A stretch of DNA of 57,257 bases from a virus. Lineage: Duplodnaviria > Caudoviricetes. The notes beneath the pieces were generated by a model that did no database searches, was not told where the DNA came from, and saw only the letters and a list, made by a program, of their open reading frames with translations. The DNA is taken from IMG/VR virus record IMGVR_UViG_3300028806_000013, positions 1 to 57,257 of that record; one strand, 5' to 3'. A program made the translations under genes and the position numbers. Shown here piece after piece: positions 37,380-47,706 of the stretch. Position 1 is the first letter of the stretch. Every line of letters starts with the position of its first letter.

Positions 37380-38642
37380 ATGGCAAAAGACATGCAATTT
37401 AGAAGGCAAATGGGGTTGCGTCAGATGGCGCAACAATTAAAGCACCATGGGACGGGTGGGGATGATGTGTTGGCGCATATTAATCCCCATGAAGCGCAGT
37501 ATCTACAGCACCATGAAGGCATGAGCATCAATCCGCATACGGGACTACCTGAGTTTGGATTTTTCAGGAAAGCTGGGAAATTTTTAGGTAAGGTTGGTAA
37601 GAGGGCTCTCCCTCTTGCAGGCGGATTCTTGGGCAATATGATTGCACCTGGACTTGGTGGGGCGATGGTAGGGGGTGGTATCGGAGGCGCTTTAAGTAGT
37701 AAGAAACATCCATTCCAACATGCTTTAGGAGGCGCATTAGCCGCTGGTGCTGGTAGCTTGGCCTTTGGAGGCGGAGAATTGCCAGACTTTCTGAAGTCAG
37801 CGCTCCCTGGTGCCGGAACGACAGCTGCTGCTACTAAGCATTTAGGCAATATTGGAGATTTTGGAAAAAAGAACATTGTAGAAAAAGTGGCTGAAGAAGG
37901 TTGGGGTGATAAATTAATGAATTTCATTACCAAAGACCCCGTTCAGACAGGGCTTTTGGCGACGACTGCAATTGGTGCTTTAATGTCCCGCCCTAAGTAT
38001 GAAAAAGGTGACTTCGGTCATAAATCAGGCTCATTGAATGATGTCATTGCGACCAATCGTGCTTTAAGAGCTGAGCATGAAGCGCCCGCGCGTCATCCTA
38101 AAGCGATGAATCGAACTCCCATTAAATATAGTCCGGAACAATGGTTCGCAAGCTCTGGTCAATTGCCATTCTTTGAAGAAGCCAATCCAGAAACTCAATA
38201 TTACGCACATGGCGGTCATGTTCAGCATCATGATTATTCTCATGGTGGTTATGTCGATGGAGATGATGGTGGTCAATCAGACCGAGTGCCGATTGAGATG
38301 AAGCCAGGGTCATATGTGATGGATGGCACAACGGATTCATTACTAGGGGATGGGAATCCTAGAAAAGGAGCTCAAGATTTATTGAATTGGCAAGATAGGG
38401 CGCTCTCTAGCGGTACTGTTAATCTCAATGATTATGGTGATAGTCATCGAGTAAAAGCGATGGTTTCTCCGACTGAGACGGTTCTGAAAGAAGAATTCGT
38501 GACGCATCTGGGTAAAGGGGATAACTCCAAGGGTGCTAAATTATTGGATGATTTTAGAAAGCGTGTCAGAAAGCAAAAAGGATTAAAGACCTTTTTACCA
38601 CCTAAATCTAAACCCATTCCTTATTATTTGAAGGGGAAATAG
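37380..38642 (+). CDS. putative internal virion (ejection) protein
   Basis: GDDVLAHINPHEA...SINPHTGLPEF motif, glycine zipper, GxxDGDDGGQSD. Confidence 0.75.
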   Translation: MAKDMQFRRQMGLRQMAQQLKHHGTGGDDVLAHINPHEAQYLQHHEGMSINPHTGLPEFGFFRKAGKFLGKVGKRALPLAGGFLGNMIAPGLGGAMVGGGIGGALSSKKHPFQHALGGALAAGAGSLAFGGGELPDFLKSALPGAGTTAAATKHLGNIGDFGKKNIVEKVAEEGWGDKLMNFITKDPVQTGLLATTAIGALMSRPKYEKGDFGHKSGSLNDVIATNRALRAEHEAPARHPKAMNRTPIKYSPEQWFASSGQLPFFEEANPETQYYAHGGHVQHHDYSHGGYVDGDDGGQSDRVPIEMKPGSYVMDGTTDSLLGDGNPRKGAQDLLNWQDRALSSGTVNLNDYGDSHRVKAMVSPTETVLKEEFVTHLGKGDNSKGAKLLDDFRKRVRKQKGLKTFLPPKSKPIPYYLKGK

Positions 38643-38643
38643 T

Positions 38644-39084
38644 ATGGGATTATTACGTTCAATCTCAAAATTATTTGGTCATCATAGGGGGAGTTCGCGT
38701 CCTAGTATTCCAGAAGGATATGAGATGTTCCATCCGGGGCCGCTGGCAATTGGTACAAGGGGATTTCGGCCAAGACAAATTCAGCCACAGGTGTCCGCTG
38801 AAGAAACGGTTCCTCCTGTCAATAATTTTCAGGCGACTGCGCAACCAGAGCAACCAGTCGCTCCATTCAATTCGGGATTAAGAGAAATTCAAGGTATGAT
38901 GGTAGGTCCAAACCTATCCGAACAATATAATGCTTCTGCCGGTAATTTGAATTCTCAACGATATGAAACGCCAGTACAGATGTTATTAGAAGGTGGTCAG
39001 CGTTCTGAAAGTAATAATCGTATTCAAAGAAGGAGTGTCACGATACAACCATATGATTATTTTAATCAAAGCGGTTATCAATAA
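38644..39084 (+). CDS. hypothetical protein
   Basis: ORF in the ejection-protein block. Confidence 0.6.
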   Translation: MGLLRSISKLFGHHRGSSRPSIPEGYEMFHPGPLAIGTRGFRPRQIQPQVSAEETVPPVNNFQATAQPEQPVAPFNSGLREIQGMMVGPNLSEQYNASAGNLNSQRYETPVQMLLEGGQRSESNNRIQRRSVTIQPYDYFNQSGYQ

Positions 39085-39095
39085 GGGGAAATAGT

Positions 39096-39938
39096 ATGGA
39101 ACATTATTCGAAAGCACAATTTGAATCGATGCCACCTTGGTTGCAGCATTTGCATCAAACGCAAGGTGAAAGAACGCAATCCATTGCTGGTGAAACGTTC
39201 AAACATTACCCAGGTCATCGATTAGCTGAAATTCCGGCTGATATTAGACATGCTCATGCGCTTGGAAGAGAACAATCTGGAAGATATCGCTCTCACTTAG
39301 AGCGCGCCAAACAAATAGGTGAATCAGCCCAGGGTACTTTCCCACAACATGCAGCTGAATATATGAACCCTTATCAACAGCAAGTTGTTTCTCGCTTAGC
39401 TGAGGAAGGTAACCGTAATTTCAGAGAGCAGATATTACCATCTTTGGAAGCGCAATTTGTACGTGCCGGTCAGCATGGTTCTTCTAAGCATAGGCAACAT
39501 GCTGCTAGATTAGCGCGCGAATCTCAGAACGAGATTTTAGGAAGACAAGGACAAGCCTTAGCGGCTGGGTATCAGCAATCCGGACAGCTCTTTAATGCGG
39601 ATATGGCCAGACGATTAGAATCAGCTCGTGAAGCGGCTAATTTAGGAACTTCGACTCAAGCAGGGTTAGCGGGTGAGCTAGCGATTCTAGGTGAGCAAGG
39701 TCGTTATCAACAGCAACAAGAGCAAGCTTTGAAGGACTTGAAGTTTCAGGATTACTTACGTGAAATCAATTTCCCGAAGGAACAAGCAGCTTTTGCGAGC
39801 GCTATGTATCACGGCATTCCTGCCACCACTAATACGACTTCTTACGGCGCAACACCTGCGGGACCGCAGACTAACATTGCGGGTAATTTAGCGCAGATGG
39901 CGGCTGTATTGGGTTCTGCTTATAACAGGAATAAATAA
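39096..39938 (+). CDS. putative DNA pilot/ejection protein
   Basis: YMNPYQQQV, GQHGSS; Q/A-rich helical. Confidence 0.7.
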   Translation: MEHYSKAQFESMPPWLQHLHQTQGERTQSIAGETFKHYPGHRLAEIPADIRHAHALGREQSGRYRSHLERAKQIGESAQGTFPQHAAEYMNPYQQQVVSRLAEEGNRNFREQILPSLEAQFVRAGQHGSSKHRQHAARLARESQNEILGRQGQALAAGYQQSGQLFNADMARRLESAREAANLGTSTQAGLAGELAILGEQGRYQQQQEQALKDLKFQDYLREINFPKEQAAFASAMYHGIPATTNTTSYGATPAGPQTNIAGNLAQMAAVLGSAYNRNK

Positions 39939-40930
39939 TGAAAAAGACACGTAGCGCTGAAGAAGAGGCTCGTATTTTTGAGCAGACGAAAAAACGTCTG
40001 GAGGAAGAAGCTCGTCAAGAAAATATTAGAGCAGAGCGCGCGCAACAGTACGAAAGGGAAGGAAGAGATAGCCGTGCGCTACTAGACCGGCAATTTATGG
40101 CAGCGATGATGGGAGCGATGCCTGCGCTTCCACCCGTTTCTGTGGCGGCATCTTCTGCTAGTTTACCGTCTGCTTCTAGTTCATCATCTTCATCGAGCGC
40201 ATCTAATAGCGCGCCCCCTAAGAAATATATAGACGCAGCCGAGAAAGAAGCAATTGGCCGTCAGTTTACGGCTGGAAGACCTAAAGAAGCGTGGGTTGCT
40301 GATTATGCCGCTCAGCTTGCTAAAGAGGCTGGATGGCGAGCTAATGATGCGTGGTTAGCAGGCCATGATGTGCCGTCTGCTTCTTCATCGAGTGTTCCTC
40401 ATACACTTCCTAGCGCAGAAGAAAGGGCGCGAGCACAAATACCGAGCCATTATACAGGTAACAGTATTGTTGATTTTATAAATCAACAAAGGATGATGCA
40501 CGACACGATGCGCGCTCATAATCCGGCTGGTTGGGTTCCATTTGATGTTAAACCGCCTAATCCTGCTGCCTCAGCTTCACCAGCAGCACCAACGCCAGAA
40601 CCGATTGTTCCTGCTTATCATGGTCATAGACATCGACCGCAGCCACACGCTCAACCGGCACCACAAGCGCCAGCAGCGCCGCTTATTAATCCGGCATTGT
40701 CTCGGTCTTTAACGATTCAAATGCCCTCTGAGCAGTCATTCGGGGGAAACGGAATATTACAGATGTTATTAGGAAACGCAGGAGGCGCTGGCGGCTTTAG
40801 TGGTGGAGATTGGGGGATTGCCCAACAAGTTCCTGTTAAGCCCCGTATGAGCATTTCTGACAAGATTTTAAGGCACTTTGCAGAGAGTATGTATCACCCT
40901 GAAAAATATCCAGAAGAAGGAGAAGCATAA
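39938..40930 (+). CDS. low-complexity Ser/Ala/Pro-rich protein
   Basis: 330-aa coupled ORF. Confidence 0.65.
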   Translation: MKKTRSAEEEARIFEQTKKRLEEEARQENIRAERAQQYEREGRDSRALLDRQFMAAMMGAMPALPPVSVAASSASLPSASSSSSSSSASNSAPPKKYIDAAEKEAIGRQFTAGRPKEAWVADYAAQLAKEAGWRANDAWLAGHDVPSASSSSVPHTLPSAEERARAQIPSHYTGNSIVDFINQQRMMHDTMRAHNPAGWVPFDVKPPNPAASASPAAPTPEPIVPAYHGHRHRPQPHAQPAPQAPAAPLINPALSRSLTIQMPSEQSFGGNGILQMLLGNAGGAGGFSGGDWGIAQQVPVKPRMSISDKILRHFAESMYHPEKYPEEGEA

Positions 40931-42087
40931 TGAACCCACGAATGATGGATTTTTGGTTAGCGCAGTTGCAGAATCCTGCTAAGCAAACGATGAATGTTCA
41001 GCAACCAATGATGCAGCCTCATATGCCACATGAGCAGCAACAGCCAGAAATGACTAGTCCGCTAGAGAGAGGGGCTAGACAGGGAATGGAAGCGGCGCGT
41101 CAATCTATGGAATTGAGCGGTCAACAGCAGCATCGAGCGTTTGGACGTGGATTGATGGAATTCGCAGGTAACTTTAATCGACCAGCACATGGGCCAGGAA
41201 TTGAAGGTGCTTTAGGCGCTATTAATCAAGCATTAGTGCCAGGTGTTAGAGCATATGCGGATGCGCAGGATAGGGAGCGAGAATTTAATGCGGCTCTTTT
41301 AAAGAGAGAAGATGACTTGGCGAAAGAGCGTGCTCATGAAGCGAGAGCCGAACAAGAGCGTCGTGATTTGCAGGCTTACAGAATGGAGCACTTAAACGTT
41401 GAGCGATTAAAAGCCAATAGAGAAGGACGTTTGACGAAAGAGGAAAGACTTCAGCAGAAGATTGAAGAAAGGATGAAAACACTTCCCGAAGGAGCGGTTC
41501 CATTAGAATCTTTTCCCGCTGGTGCTCAACGAGACATTATGAAAGATATGGCTGGTTATGTTAGTAAAGGTCAAAAAGCCAAAGAAAGAATGAGAATACG
41601 CGGTAGAATGAAAAAAATATCAGATGAATATCCTGATTTAGCCAATGATTTTACCAGAATTATTGGTGAAAATTTGGACAAAGGAAGTATCGCAGGAATT
41701 TTTGGTGGGATGTTTGCAGACCAAAAAAAATTATCAGCACTTCAGAAAATGGGCAAAGAACAACAAGAATTAAACCGCCATATCATTGAAGGTCAATCGG
41801 CTAAATTGGCCAGCAACATGTATAAAGAAATGGTTTCTAAAACCACTCCTGGAACTAAACAAACTAAAGAGGTTGTTGATTATTTGATTGATGCTGGGAA
41901 TAAAGAAGATAAGCCTTATTATGATTATGGACAAAAAGCAAAAGATGCATTCAATAGAAGATATGCTCTAGCCCCTTTCATAGAGGAAGATATCGAACCT
42001 GAAGCAGAAAAATCAACTGCTAATACTGCTGTTGATAATGAAAAACAAGCCATTATTGAAGAACTCCGAAATAGAGGAGAACTATAA
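40930..42087 (+). CDS. putative ejection protein
   Basis: helical; position in the ejection block. Confidence 0.65.
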   Translation: MNPRMMDFWLAQLQNPAKQTMNVQQPMMQPHMPHEQQQPEMTSPLERGARQGMEAARQSMELSGQQQHRAFGRGLMEFAGNFNRPAHGPGIEGALGAINQALVPGVRAYADAQDREREFNAALLKREDDLAKERAHEARAEQERRDLQAYRMEHLNVERLKANREGRLTKEERLQQKIEERMKTLPEGAVPLESFPAGAQRDIMKDMAGYVSKGQKAKERMRIRGRMKKISDEYPDLANDFTRIIGENLDKGSIAGIFGGMFADQKKLSALQKMGKEQQELNRHIIEGQSAKLASNMYKEMVSKTTPGTKQTKEVVDYLIDAGNKEDKPYYDYGQKAKDAFNRRYALAPFIEEDIEPEAEKSTANTAVDNEKQAIIEELRNRGEL

Positions 42088-44780
42088 TGTCAATCTACGC
42101 AAATGAAAGCACCGAAGCATTAAAGAGGCGATTAGCGGAATTAGATTCTGGTTATGCGAATCAAAGTACCGAGGCTTTAAAACAGAGATTAGCGGAATTA
42201 TCGCCTCAGCAGCCATCTTTTTTAGAAGCCTACGCTAAAACAAATCAAGAATTAAATAAGAAAATGGCTAGAGGCGTTCTTGGATTACCTGATTTAATTA
42301 CGGGAGGAGGCGCATCTAAATTAGTTAAAAACTTAGGTATCAATCTAGAGCCTGAACATGAGGCTCCCGCAGAAGATGCATTAGGTAGATTTGCACAAGC
42401 GGCCGAACGCGTTGCTGGCTCTGGTGCTGAATTTACAGGCGCAACAGTAGGTGGAGGAATTATAGGTAAAGGGATAGGCGCTGCTTTACCACAGATTGCT
42501 AAATATCTCCCTCAGGCCGCTAAGTCTATTCCTTACGTCTCCAAGCCTGCTGCCAAAGTCGCTGGATGGACTCCTGGTATTTTAGGTAATCCTCGTACTG
42601 CCAAAGAGGCGGTTGGCATGACCGCTCTAGGGGGCGCGTTAGGTGCTGGGAGTGGCGTATTACAAGAAAGTGGGATACCGCAACTTCCGGCTGACATTAT
42701 CGCTTCCTTGGCACCTGCTGGCGTAGGAGCTGCCAAATTTGGTGCTCGCAAATGGAAGAATATGCCTGATTATTATGAAAAGATGGGTCAGGCGAAGCTA
42801 AGAGATATTGTAGGTGAAGAAAATATCCCTCAGTTCTTAGAATCGATTGAAAACTATAAACCGCCAGTAGAAGGTTATCTGCCAACCACGGCTGAAGTGA
42901 CTGAAAGTATTCCATTAGCGCAATTAGAGCGCGCCAAGTTAGGGTCTGTTCCTGCACTAACGGAACGAAAAGCAGCGGGTCATGAAACGCTACATAAGAC
43001 ATTAAAAAATATAGCTCCTTATGAAGAAGGTATGCCCGCTGTTAGAGAGCATCTTCATGAATTAGGGGAGGGGATGAAAGAGTCCAGAGGGCGCCTCTCT
43101 CAATATCATAACGAAAGAGCTACAAAAGCATTCGAGAATGTCGGAACGCCTATGGAGCCAGAAACTGCTGGAACCGCTGTTGGCGAGAGATTATCGCATA
43201 ATGTAGAGCAGAGAAAGGCTTTGCAGCATGAAAAGAGTCGCCCGCACTATGAAGCTATTGAGAACTCTAAAGAAGGATTTAAACCGTCCTCAACGTACGA
43301 GATGATTGATTCAAAGCTAGAAAAAGCAAAAGGCGCTACTAGGAAAGCATTGTTGCGCGTTAAAGAACATCTGGTCAGCAATAAAACTAAAGATAAAGTG
43401 TACCTAAAGGAACTAGACAGCTTTAATAATTTTAAAGCTGCTCATCCAAAAGTTAATATCTCAGATGCGCAAATGAAAGAGCATTTTCCAAAAGTTCATA
43501 AACTTGGAACAGATGTTAATCCAACCCCTTCTGAAATAGATTCTGTCCTAACAGAGATAGGGGATGAGATTAGTGCTGCAAAAAGAAAAGGTCGACAAGG
43601 GCGAGCACGCCAACTTCAAGAGGTAAAAGTAAATCTATTAAATGAAGTTTCAGACCAATTCCCTGATGTAAAACAGGCTCGCGCCATGTGGTCCAAGCAT
43701 GCAGAAGGTATTGAAGATGTGACAAAACATACCACATTAAAGCATGGCGTTGAAAAGGATATTTATAATAAGGAATTCAAGACACTTCGGTCAGAAGTAC
43801 CCCATAAGATTATAGATGATGCGCTAAAAACACCTGAACATGCGCGAGAATATGTAAGAGAAATAAAAGGTAGTCCAAATGCTCGAAAGGCCACAGAAGG
43901 ATATATCTCTCACCAAGTAACGAGTTATGTAACGGATGCTTCTGGAAAGGTTATACCCAATAAAATAGACGCTTGGAAGAAGGCTAACCCTCAATATGAA
44001 ACATTATACCCTGGCCTTAAAGCAAGATTAGATAATCTTCAAAACGCTCAAGTCATGGCTAATGAGACCGCTAAGCGCAGTGAAAAGGCTGTGGCTGATT
44101 ATTACAATAATACTGCCAAGACAGTTTTAGGGCATGCGCCTGAAAAGGTCTTTGCGAGCACATTAGCTACCAAGAATCCGCCTGAGCGTTTCAGAGAGCT
44201 AAAAGGATTGGTCAGAAATAATGAAGCTGCTGATAAAGGGCTTCAACGTGGTGGTGTGGATTATATTATTAAAAAGGTATCTACCTCCGCAGTTGACTCT
44301 AATAATCTAGATAAAATCTCTTATGCCGAGATGAGAGACTTATTGAATTCTCATCGGAAATCATTTGAAGAAGTCTTTTCGCCCCAACAGATGGAAACAA
44401 TAGAAAATATTGCTAATACATTTCGCAGAAGACAGAAAGTGGGTACCCGAGAAGCGGTTGGTTCGGATACCACCGCTAACCTAACTGTTCTAGGGGCTTC
44501 CAAGGATGCGAGTGAAGAACAGATTAAGCACATGATTGGCAAAAGCTCACTAACAGGACGATTAGCGCATCAAGCCTATAATTTCTTCAAGAATTTGAAG
44601 AATGCCGGGACAGATAGGGTTATTAATAAAGCCATTGTTGAGCCTGAATATGCCAAGTTGTTAATTATGAAGCCTTTTGGCAGCAAAGAATCGACAAAAA
44701 ACTTTATGGAAGCTATGAATAAATCTTATTTAGCGACACCTATTATCACGAGAGAACACATGCGGGAGAAAGAAATATGA
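42087..44780 (+). CDS. large internal virion / DNA injection protein
   Basis: 897 aa; glycine-zipper hydrophobic segments; N-terminal YANxSTEALKxRLAEL duplication. Confidence 0.7.
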   Translation: MSIYANESTEALKRRLAELDSGYANQSTEALKQRLAELSPQQPSFLEAYAKTNQELNKKMARGVLGLPDLITGGGASKLVKNLGINLEPEHEAPAEDALGRFAQAAERVAGSGAEFTGATVGGGIIGKGIGAALPQIAKYLPQAAKSIPYVSKPAAKVAGWTPGILGNPRTAKEAVGMTALGGALGAGSGVLQESGIPQLPADIIASLAPAGVGAAKFGARKWKNMPDYYEKMGQAKLRDIVGEENIPQFLESIENYKPPVEGYLPTTAEVTESIPLAQLERAKLGSVPALTERKAAGHETLHKTLKNIAPYEEGMPAVREHLHELGEGMKESRGRLSQYHNERATKAFENVGTPMEPETAGTAVGERLSHNVEQRKALQHEKSRPHYEAIENSKEGFKPSSTYEMIDSKLEKAKGATRKALLRVKEHLVSNKTKDKVYLKELDSFNNFKAAHPKVNISDAQMKEHFPKVHKLGTDVNPTPSEIDSVLTEIGDEISAAKRKGRQGRARQLQEVKVNLLNEVSDQFPDVKQARAMWSKHAEGIEDVTKHTTLKHGVEKDIYNKEFKTLRSEVPHKIIDDALKTPEHAREYVREIKGSPNARKATEGYISHQVTSYVTDASGKVIPNKIDAWKKANPQYETLYPGLKARLDNLQNAQVMANETAKRSEKAVADYYNNTAKTVLGHAPEKVFASTLATKNPPERFRELKGLVRNNEAADKGLQRGGVDYIIKKVSTSAVDSNNLDKISYAEMRDLLNSHRKSFEEVFSPQQMETIENIANTFRRRQKVGTREAVGSDTTANLTVLGASKDASEEQIKHMIGKSSLTGRLAHQAYNFFKNLKNAGTDRVINKAIVEPEYAKLLIMKPFGSKESTKNFMEAMNKSYLATPIITREHMREKEI

Positions 44781-46606
44781 GTTTTATTAATATATCTGGC
44801 GGAAGCTTTGTCTCACCCTCTTTTCCAGCGTTACTGCTTTATAATCTAACAGCAGGTCAACAGATATTCTTAAGCTGGCCATCCCAGTTCTCTGACATTC
44901 AAAATCAAGTCGCGGGGACGATGCAAATAACAGCCGCTGATGCTTTCGGTTCTCTTGTCTTACCAGCTGTTAATGTGGGTGGGTTTGCGACTATCACCCC
45001 CGGTACTTCCACGTATGTCATTAATGTAGGGACGCAGCCTGTCACTATTTATTTACAAGATGCGACAACTGCACTTGTGATTGTTCAGCCTGGGCAATCT
45101 TATTTCTTAGTTCTCTATAACAACAGTACCGCCAATGGCTCCTGGACGGTCATAGCAAGCCCAGGAACACCTACAGTGACCTCAGTTGGGATTGTCACTG
45201 GAAATGCGAATACAGCCGCTAATTTAACGATTGGCAATAGTCCTATCACTTCTGCTGGTGACATCATACTTACGTATGCTGGTGACTTAGCAGCGCTCAT
45301 TAACTTTGGCTCTGATGTTGGGATTGCAGTTAGAACAGGAATAGATAGCTGGGCATTGAGAGATATCAAGGGAACGGCTAATCAGATAGATGTTTCTCCT
45401 GAAGATGGTGTCACGGGGGACTTTGTTGTTTCTCTTCTAGATGCTGTGGTGATTGATGTTTCTTTAGTCGCTGGGAATATCGGCATTGGAGTCGTAGATG
45501 CTAATACTATCAGTTCTCAGAATGCCAATGGGAATATCAATTTAACGCCAAATGGTAATGGGAATGTCACGGTTAATCTTTCTCCTACGGGGCAGATGAT
45601 TGTAGATAGCAATCTGGTATTGGCATTGAGTACGACCCCGGCCGCTAGCCAGCTTGTTTTTAATTCTATTACAGGAACGAACTATACTTCTTTTCAATCG
45701 AGCGCTCAGACATCCGGTAGTTATATCTATTCATTGCCTAGCACAACGCCTACGGTCGGACAGGTCATGGCGGTTCAAACTATTGGTGGTTCAAGTCCAT
45801 TCGCGGGTCATTTAGAGTGGGCGAGTGTGACTACTGTTATTGGATCAACTACTCTTAACGCTGTTGCTGTGTATGCCAATACCACGGGTAGCTTAAAGAA
45901 TTCTCTGATTGTTATTGATAACCCATCTTTGACGACTAATTTTATCCATGGGGTTGGTTCGATGCAGGTCGGGAATATTCAGCTAGGGGTTGCTGATACA
46001 AACACTATCTCTACTGCAACGGGTAATCTTTACTTAAATTCAGCGGCTGCCTTTCATGTTATTGCTTTAGATGATTTTGATTTGACTTGGAATATTGGTC
46101 GCAGTAGTCGGGTTAGTTTCTTAAACAGTGCTGGAACTGCGTATCTATCTCTGGAATCGCCCGCTGCTGTTATTGCAACAGTCAACTATCAAATACCGCC
46201 TGTGGACGGAGACGCCAATTCCATTATGGTAACGAATGGGGCTTCACAATGGAGTTTCAGTTCATTAACGGCAGATGTATCCCAGCGCGCGACTGTAGAT
46301 GGAGTTTCTAAAGCTTGGTGTACCTTTAATGGTTCGACCGCAGGAACAAATGCGCCCACCAGTAATTTTAATGTCGCTACTGTTACTAGAACGGCTGCTG
46401 GAACGTATACATTAAGCTTTGCTAAGCAATTATCCGCAGCGACATATGGGGTCTTTGTTACGACAAACGGAGTCAATGGTGTTGAGCCGTTCTCATGTCG
46501 ATATGGTGTTAAGACCACAACTACTTTGACGTTCTATACATTTGACCCGGTGGCTAATGCATTAGCGGATGCAACGGATGTATCGGTGATGTGCATTATT
46601 CAGTAG
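44777..46606 (+). CDS. putative tail fibre/spike
   Basis: beta-rich; C-terminal KAWCTFNG...FNV..VTRTAAGTY domain. Confidence 0.75.
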   Translation: MSFINISGGSFVSPSFPALLLYNLTAGQQIFLSWPSQFSDIQNQVAGTMQITAADAFGSLVLPAVNVGGFATITPGTSTYVINVGTQPVTIYLQDATTALVIVQPGQSYFLVLYNNSTANGSWTVIASPGTPTVTSVGIVTGNANTAANLTIGNSPITSAGDIILTYAGDLAALINFGSDVGIAVRTGIDSWALRDIKGTANQIDVSPEDGVTGDFVVSLLDAVVIDVSLVAGNIGIGVVDANTISSQNANGNINLTPNGNGNVTVNLSPTGQMIVDSNLVLALSTTPAASQLVFNSITGTNYTSFQSSAQTSGSYIYSLPSTTPTVGQVMAVQTIGGSSPFAGHLEWASVTTVIGSTTLNAVAVYANTTGSLKNSLIVIDNPSLTTNFIHGVGSMQVGNIQLGVADTNTISTATGNLYLNSAAAFHVIALDDFDLTWNIGRSSRVSFLNSAGTAYLSLESPAAVIATVNYQIPPVDGDANSIMVTNGASQWSFSSLTADVSQRATVDGVSKAWCTFNGSTAGTNAPTSNFNVATVTRTAAGTYTLSFAKQLSAATYGVFVTTNGVNGVEPFSCRYGVKTTTTLTFYTFDPVANALADATDVSVMCIIQ

Positions 46607-46623
46607 ACATTTAAAATATATTT

Positions 46624-46815
46624 ATGTATTATGGCCCGATGGATATTCAACTACCGATTGGCGACAAAGTATATATTTTAAGATATGGCGATTATATTGC
46701 TATTCCTGAAGGTAAGTTTGTGGAAGTGATAGATGAGGCGCGTCAGGTTATCTTCGAATGGAGAACGACTCCATTAGCTACTCTTTCTTATATATTTGAT
46801 TCAAATAATCAATAA
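46624..46815 (+). CDS. hypothetical protein
   Basis: 63-aa ORF ending the structural operon. Confidence 0.4.
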   Translation: MYYGPMDIQLPIGDKVYILRYGDYIAIPEGKFVEVIDEARQVIFEWRTTPLATLSYIFDSNNQ

Positions 46816-47014
46816 CCTTCTGACATCCTGCTATCATGCAACAATAGAGTGGTAATGAGACCAAAGCGCCTATTGCACAAGCAAATAACATGCCAACAGG
46901 ATGCTCTACAATCATTTTAACGGGTAAATCTGTCGCACACTTATAGACTAGAAATACAAAAGCAGCACTGTAAACAATGAACAATTTCCAGCCTATATGT
47001 GAGAATAAATCCAT
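46778..47014 (-). CDS. small membrane protein
   Basis: two hydrophobic helices; coupled ORF. Confidence 0.6.
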   Translation of the reverse strand: MDLFSHIGWKLFIVYSAAFVFLVYKCATDLPVKMIVEHPVGMLFACAIGALVSLPLYCCMIAGCQKVIDYLNQIYKKE

Positions 47015-47247
47015 TAATCTTCTTCTTCGTCTGCCATTATAGAATCTCTTATTTCAGCAAGAAATTTTTTAGAAATTTTATACCTTTGTCCAGGCATTGG
47101 AAATTGAGCTCTAATTTCAAGAATTAATAACCACATAAGTGATGCCATTCTTACATTATCATCAAAATTATCTAGACAATTTTGAATCTCACTAATGCAC
47201 TTGCGACTGTTGCTTTCTACCTTATTAATCTCTTCTTCCATTTTCAT
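47014..47247 (-). CDS. hypothetical protein
   Basis: AAGGA RBS. Confidence 0.65.
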   Translation of the reverse strand: MKMEEEINKVESNSRKCISEIQNCLDNFDDNVRMASLMWLLILEIRAQFPMPGQRYKISKKFLAEIRDSIMADEEED

Positions 47248-47256
47248 AACTATTCC

Positions 47257-47706
47257 TTAAAATGGTAATTCATCCGAATCATCTTCTTTAGCAGCTACTT
47301 TCGTTGCTGGCACTTCATTAGCATTAGGGTCTATAAAATCACCCATCTTAGAGCTAACAAATGTTTTCTCAGGTGTTTCGTAGAAGCTGTCTACCAATAT
47401 TCCTCTGCCATTTAGCCCCACTAAATCTTCTATATCAAAACCTTCTGGACGATTCCATTCAGGCTTTTTAACAGCTTTCAAAAGCTTATGCATCTTCCAA
47501 GCCATATTCTTGGTATGTGGGAAATAATCTGTAACGATTCCTTCATCGCCATTCTTATCTCTCACTTGAAATTTAATGGTTGTTTGAGGATTTCTATTCT
47601 TAGAATAGCCCTCAATCGCTTCTTTAACTTTAAAGAAACATTCTCCTTCAGCGCCATGGAAATTACCACTAGATGAACCATCATCGTAATTACTATACTT
47701 TGCCAC
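47257..47706 (-). CDS. ssDNA-binding protein (DUF669-like)
   Basis: acidic DDSDELPF C-terminus; follows the recombinase. Confidence 0.75.
   Translation of the reverse strand: MAKYSNYDDGSSSGNFHGAEGECFFKVKEAIEGYSKNRNPQTTIKFQVRDKNGDEGIVTDYFPHTKNMAWKMHKLLKAVKKPEWNRPEGFDIEDLVGLNGRGILVDSFYETPEKTFVSSKMGDFIDPNANEVPATKVAAKEDDSDELPF

Noticed and set aside
16047-46518. Numerous short ORFs antisense to or nested in long genes (e.g. 16066-16308, 20755-21201, 35251-35793, 36642-37106, 37421-37933)
   Set aside because: Shadow ORFs of well-supported genes, with no RBS or recognisable motifs.
47243-47252. 10-nt match (TTCATAACTA) between array segment 6 and the start of ORF 47014-47247 as a self-target
   Set aside because: A 10-nt AT-rich match in 57 kb is within chance expectation.
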